A stretch of 64,000 nucleotides of DNA from Gammaproteobacteria bacterium. Lineage in GTDB: Bacteria > Pseudomonadota > Gammaproteobacteria > SZUA-229. The notes under the pieces were generated by a model. That model saw only the letters and a program-made list of their open reading frames with translations. It had not been told where the DNA came from and did no database searches. The translations under genes were made by a program, and so were the position numbers. Shown here in pieces: positions 48,101 through 54,467 of the stretch. The DNA is taken from the NCBI GenBank assembly GCA_026995045.1, contig JALWPK010000050.1:11805-75804 (forward strand). Direction: 5' to 3'. Every line of letters begins with the position of its first letter. The first letter of the stretch is position 1.

Positions 48101-48895
48101 ATGGCGGTGAGCATGCTAAACGAAAGTACAGAAAAAACAGGCGCAGGCATCCCAACGTATATTGATTCGGCTATCAAAAAAATCACCATCGTCGCCAAAC
48201 CTGATTTTTCGGTCGACGGCATGGTCAGCCTGCTGAAAAATCATCAGCACCGCTACCATGTCACCGCTGTCGAACCTGAAGTGTTTTCCGCCTCGCTGGT
48301 CAGAGCCCACTGCCCGGATGTGTTGCTGGTGAACAATAATGTCAACCCCGGTTCGCTGGACGACTATTTCCGTGAAATCAAGCAAGCCTGCAAGGATACA
48401 ATCGTTCTGCTGTTCGGACATGGCATGGATGACAACACCCTGTACATGGCGATGCGCGCAGGCGCCCGTGGTTATCTGAATGACAAAATGCGTGGCGATC
48501 ACCTGACAACCGCACTGGACACCGTGATGGAAGGCGGTTACTGGGCGGAGCGCCACATATTGTGCCAGTTCATTTCTGACAAGTCGGCCCATGACAGGGT
48601 GGATGACAACGTCAAGCTGTTAAGCGAGCGGCTGACCGCGCGCGAGATGGAAGTATTGGAGCTGATTCTCAAGGGCATGACCACCAACGAAATTGCTGAA
48701 CGCATTTTTCTGTCGCATCAGGGGGTGAAGGCGCATCTCACCAACCTGTTCCGCAAATTCAATGTCAAAAACCGCGCTCAATTGATTTTGACTGTACTGA
48801 ACGAAGTCAGCCCGCTGCAGCAGTTTTCTGAAATTGTCGAAGCCGGACTGAAAGCAGCGCGAACCCGCAAGTCCGGTCAGCATCGCGCCGCCTGA
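48101..48895 (+). CDS. LuxR-family regulator with degenerate (pseudo-)receiver domain
   Basis: C-terminal LuxR HTH (LTAREMEVLELILKGMTTNEIAERIFLSHQGVKAHLTNLFRKFNVKNRAQL). The N-terminal REC-like fold has PDVLLVNNNVNPG where NarL-type receivers have PDLxLLDxxMPG, and the acidic pair after beta1 is also absent. Confidence 0.8.
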   Translation: MAVSMLNESTEKTGAGIPTYIDSAIKKITIVAKPDFSVDGMVSLLKNHQHRYHVTAVEPEVFSASLVRAHCPDVLLVNNNVNPGSLDDYFREIKQACKDTIVLLFGHGMDDNTLYMAMRAGARGYLNDKMRGDHLTTALDTVMEGGYWAERHILCQFISDKSAHDRVDDNVKLLSERLTAREMEVLELILKGMTTNEIAERIFLSHQGVKAHLTNLFRKFNVKNRAQLILTVLNEVSPLQQFSEIVEAGLKAARTRKSGQHRAA

Positions 48896-48936
48896 GCTTG
48901 TTGCAACAGTCCACTATTGTCCCAGCCGATTCACTC

Positions 48937-49296
48937 CTACAGCAACCTGATCTGTTTTCTCCGGTTTAAATTAATAAAGCAGGGCTGACCATGTTTTGCA
49001 ATGTATCCTGCGCATCCCGACCTCCATTGCACCAGGCGACGACGCGCGGCCCCCATCAGCCCGATCAAGCCGAAGCCAAACAACAAGGTCACAGATGGAA
49101 ACACCACTCGCGCCATCCAACTCCTCAAAAACAAATACCCTATCTCACTTCCCGTGCTGTTGAAACCCGTACCACCGTTATCATCACTGCGATGTTCGGC
49201 GCCTTGATAGTTGAGTTGCCCGTCACTGAACCCCGGATAACCTGCGTCGCCATTCGGCGCATTCATGGCCGCTATCCAATTTTGGCGACATTCCAA
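48937..49296 (-). pseudogene. possible decayed small CTERM-sorted protein gene
   Basis: The ORF contains a sorting-tail-like segment FPSVTLLFGFGLIGLMGAARRR but runs on for ~35 aa afterwards. It has a TTG start and no signal peptide. In the same frame upstream there is a signal-like peptide (ATG at 49461, MCAGVYIFCIATTTTAALVA), separated by two stops (49342-49344 and 49318-49320). Confidence 0.3.
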
Positions 49297-49594
49297 TTCA
49301 TTGATCCTGCCGCAGGGTCAATACCGGAAAGACCAAAGGTATTACTCAGATCCGGGTTGGCATCGCACAACCATGTACATACACTGCCCGCACCCTAACC
49401 TGGCGACAAGAGCAGCAGTGGTTGTGGTGGCGATGCAAAAGATATAAACACCTGCGCACATTGCGGTCGTAAGTGTTTTGTGTTTTCATTGGCAAACCAT
49501 CAGAGGTTTACAAGAAATTGCTTTGTTTTGGTAAATATAATCAACGCAAAGAGAGGGGTAAATCACGTTATCGTAATTCACCCCCCTCATCCTG

Positions 49595-51604
49595 CTAACT
49601 TCTATCTACACGCCACCCCGCAACGCCAACTAATCCGAGCAAGCCTGATCCAAACAGCCACATCGCTGCTGGAACCGGTACAGCCGAGACCACGCTCAAA
49701 CGCACGGTGTCTGACAGTGTTGGGTCAAGAACATAACTCAGATCCCACGTCAGTCCTGCGCCCAATGGTGCGAGCGATGTATCCAGAGTACTGAACTGGC
49801 CAACGATGGTATCAGCAGCCAATATATCGAAGCTGTCACCCAGAACGGGCATAAATGAATTGTCCAACGAGACACTCAACAGTCCGTCCAGCGTCGCGGT
49901 ACCGGAGATATCCAGAAGATCGTGCAGCGCAGCATCCTCCAGCCCGATAACCAGCTCAGCTGCCGCATCCTGTGTGTAATCGCCATTCACCAATAAGGTA
50001 CCCGTAAAAACACCAAGACGCGTCTCGTTAACAAACGAGTTGCCAGGGCCTACGTGACCACCGGTGTTGTTTACATTGGCATTGATGGTTCCGGCACCCG
50101 ACAAATCGCCCGCCAACTCAATAACACCGGCATTGAGCACGGTATCGGCCGCGGTATTGATGGGCTTGGTGTTTAGCTGTAAATCACCATCCGAATAGAT
50201 GCGCAAGGTATTCGCCGCGGTCTCAACTGCACCGGTTCCAATCGTACCGCTGCCACCGTTAGCAAACGTGATAACGCCCTGTGTAACTTTCAAAGCGTTT
50301 CCGACCGTCATGCTGGCGCCGTCATGTATAGTGACCGTGGTATTGTTGGCTGCACCGGACAGGCTTGAACTGGTAACATCCATGTTAAGACTGGCGTTCA
50401 GACTGGAACCCGCGCCTCCGACATCGACAGTCACTTGCCGCTTGTTGCGCGCCGCCGCGCTACCCACATTCAGTTGTGTTGTGCTGACCACCGCAGCATT
50501 CGAGACAGTCAGCGAAGCATTGTCGCCCGCGCCCACAGCCAGGCCATTGCTGTCCAATCGACTGCCAGCACCATCGACTGTCACGAAACCACCATTTTCG
50601 AAGGCTACGGTCGTTTGGCCCTGGCTGGCCACCTGCGCGCCACCAGAAATATTCAGGAATCCCTGGGTCTGCAGCCCCACGTCGATGGTAACCGCATTCC
50701 AACTGGTGCCAACGCCATCAATATTGACTACACCATCGCCACGGGTGATATGGCCACGTAATGAGCCGATGAGTCCCGAGCCGGTTAGCGCTGCTCCATT
50801 TTGCACGGTCAGGGTAGAGACGCCGGTTCCACCGCCCAGGCTGACAGTACCATTGGCGACGGTACCAACCCCTTCTATGAGCGCTGTGCTGTTCGTGCTT
50901 ATCCCGATATTGCTGTCAAAACGGGCTGCATTGCTGATATGCAATGCCCCGCCAATATCGACTATGGTGTTGTTGAGGAGCGAAGACCAATGGGAGCCTG
51001 CGCCACTAATATTCAGGGCGCCCATTACATCGGTTGAGGAACTGATATTGGCGACCCCACCATTAACGACATTGACCGTACCGTTCGCATTGATGGTATT
51101 GAAGTTTGAGGCTTGCCAGGTGGCGCCCGTGGAAATATTCAGCGTTGCCGTTGAACCGCCGGCGCCAACTTCCGACACCTGGGTGGACAGCGCGCCATTT
51201 CGGACCGTCAGATTGGCGATGTCACCCGAACCCTGACCCACTTCCAATGAAGACCCGACGGTAGATGTATGCGTCAGATTATAAGTGAATGCGCCCAAGT
51301 CCAGCGTGACTGTATCGTTACCTATCCGCAGCTGATCGATGCTTTGGTTCCCGGCCAAGCTGACATTATAAGCGGCGCCGCCAAGGTTAAATCTGGCTGC
51401 ATCAGATGGAGAAGGCGCTATCCCGCCTGTCCAGTTTGATGCCGTACCGAAGACGCCACCTGCGGCATTATTCCAGTCGATATCTGCGGCAATGCCCGTT
51501 GTTGCAAACAATGACAGCGCAACCACACCGAGTAAATTGAGTCTGGTATATGTGGCAAGTCCATCAAAACCTATATACTGATTTACCGCCTTTACTTTTT
51601 TCAC
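49595..51604 (-). CDS. large secreted beta-helix-like repeat protein with VPxPA/PEP-CTERM-type C-terminal sorting tail
   Basis: 669 aa with a GTG start and a signal peptide. The N-terminal motif is DIDWNNAAGGVFGTASNWTGGIAPSP. Long Gly/Asn/Thr/Ser-rich repeats resemble autotransporter-passenger or beta-helix repeats. Further motifs are GDSFDILAADTIVGQF and GLTWDLSY. The tail is VPVPAAMWLFGSGLLGLVGVAGWRVDRS. Confidence 0.8.
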   Translation of the reverse strand: MKKVKAVNQYIGFDGLATYTRLNLLGVVALSLFATTGIAADIDWNNAAGGVFGTASNWTGGIAPSPSDAARFNLGGAAYNVSLAGNQSIDQLRIGNDTVTLDLGAFTYNLTHTSTVGSSLEVGQGSGDIANLTVRNGALSTQVSEVGAGGSTATLNISTGATWQASNFNTINANGTVNVVNGGVANISSSTDVMGALNISGAGSHWSSLLNNTIVDIGGALHISNAARFDSNIGISTNSTALIEGVGTVANGTVSLGGGTGVSTLTVQNGAALTGSGLIGSLRGHITRGDGVVNIDGVGTSWNAVTIDVGLQTQGFLNISGGAQVASQGQTTVAFENGGFVTVDGAGSRLDSNGLAVGAGDNASLTVSNAAVVSTTQLNVGSAAARNKRQVTVDVGGAGSSLNASLNMDVTSSSLSGAANNTTVTIHDGASMTVGNALKVTQGVITFANGGSGTIGTGAVETAANTLRIYSDGDLQLNTKPINTAADTVLNAGVIELAGDLSGAGTINANVNNTGGHVGPGNSFVNETRLGVFTGTLLVNGDYTQDAAAELVIGLEDAALHDLLDISGTATLDGLLSVSLDNSFMPVLGDSFDILAADTIVGQFSTLDTSLAPLGAGLTWDLSYVLDPTLSDTVRLSVVSAVPVPAAMWLFGSGLLGLVGVAGWRVDRS

Positions 51605-51672
51605 ACCCTACCCTCTTAAAATTTTAAATCAGTTAATTAAGTTCTACTCTTTTGGTTATCGGGGGGCATCAC

Positions 51673-51777
51673 AAAAGGGAATATTTTCCCATTCATTTCA
51701 ACCCTACTATTTTCTACGAAAAAATTTAAGACAGGGTTCCAAAAAATTTAAATTATTTGTAAATATTTCTTGAGCGG
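51673..51777 (-). promoter_or_regulatory. conserved upstream (promoter/5' leader) block, paralogous to 56853-56960
   Basis: Hand alignment with the region upstream of gene 54468..56798 shows three shared blocks: GGGA-N-TCCCATT, CCTA.T...TTTC.ACGAAAAA and GTTCCAA.AA..TT.AATT. It contains the palindrome GGGAA tatt TTCCC (51677-51690). Confidence 0.45.
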
Positions 51778-51846
51778 TTGCTGAATCTTGCGCATTTCTG
51801 CGACGGATAGTCACATCACATTATCGTAAGCTGTCCTCTGCCACCG

Positions 51847-52536
51847 TCAACTTCTATCCGTACGCCGGCGCGCAACCCCCACCAGTCCGAGCAAACCGGA
51901 ACCAAACAACCAAACCGCTGCGGGGACTGGCGCGGCTGCGACATTATTTCGGATTAACCATGAACCACGCTCAAACGCGTTTGCGCCAAAAAATATATCC
52001 ACCTTTAAATCTGTTCTGAAAGATGCCTTGGGATTCACGCCACCACCAAGATCCAGATTGACAAACGGCGTAACATGAAAACTCGGGAATCCCGGCAGGA
52101 TATCGGATGTATAACCCCAGGTTCGAGTTTGACCTATGTTCCCCCCCGTGATGCCAAAATCGTTCTGGAAGGCGTTGGCAAACGGAACGTTGGCCGCTGT
52201 TTGCCCGGCATCAATATCGGGCGCGCCATACTCCTGAAATAACGCCAACACTTCCGCTTTGGTTGCAAAACGATAATCGCCAAAATCCCCGACCTGGCTG
52301 TTAATGTTATTATCCACAACACTGTATGACATTCCATCGGTTGCCTGTAATGATAACCATTCTTTGCCATTGGAATCTGTGATCAAATTATAAGCACTTG
52401 CACCAAAACCGTTATTAAATATAGTTGTGCTCACTACCGGCGCCGCTTCAACCGCTGCAATTTGCACAATCAGGCTTATTGTCACAATCGAAACAATGTG
52501 AATGCCTTTCTTTGAACGCTTTATTTCTCTTTTCAT
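51847..52536 (-). CDS. secreted protein with VPxPA/PEP-CTERM-type sorting tail
   Basis: 229 aa with a signal peptide. The tail is APVPAAVWLFGSGLLGLVGVARRRTDRS. Confidence 0.75.
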   Translation of the reverse strand: MKREIKRSKKGIHIVSIVTISLIVQIAAVEAAPVVSTTIFNNGFGASAYNLITDSNGKEWLSLQATDGMSYSVVDNNINSQVGDFGDYRFATKAEVLALFQEYGAPDIDAGQTAANVPFANAFQNDFGITGGNIGQTRTWGYTSDILPGFPSFHVTPFVNLDLGGGVNPKASFRTDLKVDIFFGANAFERGSWLIRNNVAAAPVPAAVWLFGSGLLGLVGVARRRTDRS

Positions 52537-52557
52537 TATTTTCTCCAGTAATCATAG

Positions 52558-52585
52558 GGACAGACCACATTTCCGTGATCTGTCC
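52558..52585 (-). other. intercistronic hairpin (paralogous to 54429-54456)
   Basis: GGACAGACC ... GATCTGTCC, a stem with one mismatch, between the metzincin stop and the next start. The sequence resembles the hairpin at 54429-54456 (shared CGTGATCTG.CC). Confidence 0.4.
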
Positions 52586-52601
52586 GCCGATTTACTTCAG
52601 G

Positions 52602-54404
52602 TTAAGGGAATACACCCACATCCAGATGGTCAATCGACAGATCCTGGCTACCCGCTGAATTCGGTCGATTGTGTTGCGACATGATGCGCGCGCGTATCGC
52701 GCCACCGACCCCGACAAAGGTATTCACCTTGGCCACGACCGGTATCACCTGTTCCTGATCGTCCGCCGTCTGGTTAACGCGGCCGATCTGCTGCCAACGA
52801 CCCTTTTGGAAATCCCACAGATAAACGAATGTTCGTTGTCCGGGTGGCGGGTTGCCCGCGCCAGTCTCGACTGTGACCAGTAATTTGCTCACTGCGGGTA
52901 GAGGACTGACCAAGTCTGCCTCAATCGCGGCGGTGTGGAGACTTCCCGCTACTCCGGTGTTATCCATTATCAGCCTAATGCGCTGCTCATCGGAAACGTC
53001 CAGTTCGGCAATACCGGTAATCGGCTGAGACAGGGTACCGTCGGTCACAGTCATACCGGTCAGGATGGCCTCTTCACCAAGGTCACGAATATCCAGGCAT
53101 ACGGCTGTTTCTGGTTTGGCCAACTGCCGCTGTACTTGCAAGCGGCTGGCGCTGGAAAATGTTCCTACCGATAGTGCACCAGGGTTAGAACCGGGATTCA
53201 TAATCCCGTGTAGGTCATGCGCCGCGCCCCAGTTATGTCCCATTTCATGCGCCATGAGAGTCGCCATTGAGAAAATTGACATACGATGGGTTGGTGGCCT
53301 GAAAACAGTCTTGAATACGTCTGCAAAGGAGTAACCCAACGGTTCACCGAATGCGTTTACTCTTGCGCAAGCTTCTCCAGATGCTGTGCCCAGTACGGGG
53401 CCACTGGGGCCAATATTGCTACTAAGCACTTGTCCGATATCATGGACAATCCCGGCACTGGTAAACGCATTATTCATAACGAGCAAGGCGGGGAAGAGAG
53501 AAAATCTCTGGTTGCCAGGAATATTGGGGTTGCCATCACGATAAGGATCCGTTGCACTGTCAGGGCGTATGATTACCCCTGAAAGCACATAATGAATGCC
53601 CAGATCACGTTGCATCGGCACAGCCACCAGGGCAACCAACGTCCGCACGAAAGCCTCTTGCTGTTGTACGGTGGTCCTTCCAAAGTCGCGCATATTGGTT
53701 AAGAAAAATCCTGAGTCTGTATCAATGGCAACCTGGGCAACATGCTGCAGGCGACGCCCGGTCGAACCGATAGCCGCCGTAACGGGGGGCTGTCCCACGA
53801 GTGCCGCGCCCAGTGCTGGCGCGGCCAGCGCGAGGTTGCGCACAGGACTGTTGACGGCGCCTGCAGCATCCGACGACGGAATCACATCACCCTGAAAATC
53901 CACCCCCGGCTGTGGCGCCACATCACTCGCCTGATAGAGCACATGCTCACCGGCCGGATGCCCGGCCACATGCCCAGCCACCGGCTCCAGCCAGAATTCG
54001 CGGCCATCACCCAGTTTGATTCGCGCGTTACAGCCGTTATTGGTAAAACCTCCGGCTACGATGCTGTCGTGCTGTCCACGAATACGGCCACGAAAAGTAT
54101 TGACCGGGCTGGTCACTGACTCACCCAACACACCATCGTTGCCTTGCACCATAAACTTGTAGCTATCTCCACGTACATCGAAAGGGTAAATATCGATTAC
54201 CTGTTGCACACCATCAATTATCACATTCAGCGTAGATGGAATCTTCAACGGTTGTGAAGCCGATTGCGCGAGAGGCATGTTGATTAATACACCCCCATTG
54301 ATGCCAAAAGCCTCATCAACTTGATCATCGGCGACAACATTATTGGATACCAGCAGGGCAACCATCGGTAACGCCAACCAGATTGATTTATTCGTTGCAA
54401 TCAT
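52602..54404 (-). CDS. secreted zinc metalloprotease, metzincin (reprolysin/ADAM-like) catalytic motif
   Basis: 600 aa with signal peptide MIATNKSIWLALPMVALLVSNNVVA. The motif HEMGHNWGAAHD fits HExxHxxGxxHD. There are large N-terminal and ~170-aa C-terminal regions of unknown fold. GAGGAG lies upstream of the ATG. Confidence 0.8.
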   Translation of the reverse strand: MIATNKSIWLALPMVALLVSNNVVADDQVDEAFGINGGVLINMPLAQSASQPLKIPSTLNVIIDGVQQVIDIYPFDVRGDSYKFMVQGNDGVLGESVTSPVNTFRGRIRGQHDSIVAGGFTNNGCNARIKLGDGREFWLEPVAGHVAGHPAGEHVLYQASDVAPQPGVDFQGDVIPSSDAAGAVNSPVRNLALAAPALGAALVGQPPVTAAIGSTGRRLQHVAQVAIDTDSGFFLTNMRDFGRTTVQQQEAFVRTLVALVAVPMQRDLGIHYVLSGVIIRPDSATDPYRDGNPNIPGNQRFSLFPALLVMNNAFTSAGIVHDIGQVLSSNIGPSGPVLGTASGEACARVNAFGEPLGYSFADVFKTVFRPPTHRMSIFSMATLMAHEMGHNWGAAHDLHGIMNPGSNPGALSVGTFSSASRLQVQRQLAKPETAVCLDIRDLGEEAILTGMTVTDGTLSQPITGIAELDVSDEQRIRLIMDNTGVAGSLHTAAIEADLVSPLPAVSKLLVTVETGAGNPPPGQRTFVYLWDFQKGRWQQIGRVNQTADDQEQVIPVVAKVNTFVGVGGAIRARIMSQHNRPNSAGSQDLSIDHLDVGVFP

Positions 54405-54428
54405 AATTGTGGTCTCCTCAAGTTAAAT

Positions 54429-54456
54429 AGGGGCAGATCCCGTTTTCGTGATCTGC
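54429..54456 (-). other. intercistronic hairpin (perfect 9-bp stem)
   Basis: GGGCAGATC (54429-54437) / GATCTGCCC (54448-54456) with a 10-nt loop. It lies between the stop of 54468..56798 and the metzincin start. Confidence 0.45.
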
Positions 54457-54467
54457 CCATCGTTGCT

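Noticed and set aside
51700-51760. A sigma54 (-24/-12) promoter in the conserved upstream blocks (minus-strand TGGAACCCTGTCTTAA at ~51739-51754; TGGAACTTTGTGTTGA at ~56908-56923).
   Set aside because: A GG is present, but the position 10 nt downstream reads TA or TG instead of the GC of the -12 TTGC element. The match is too weak to call.
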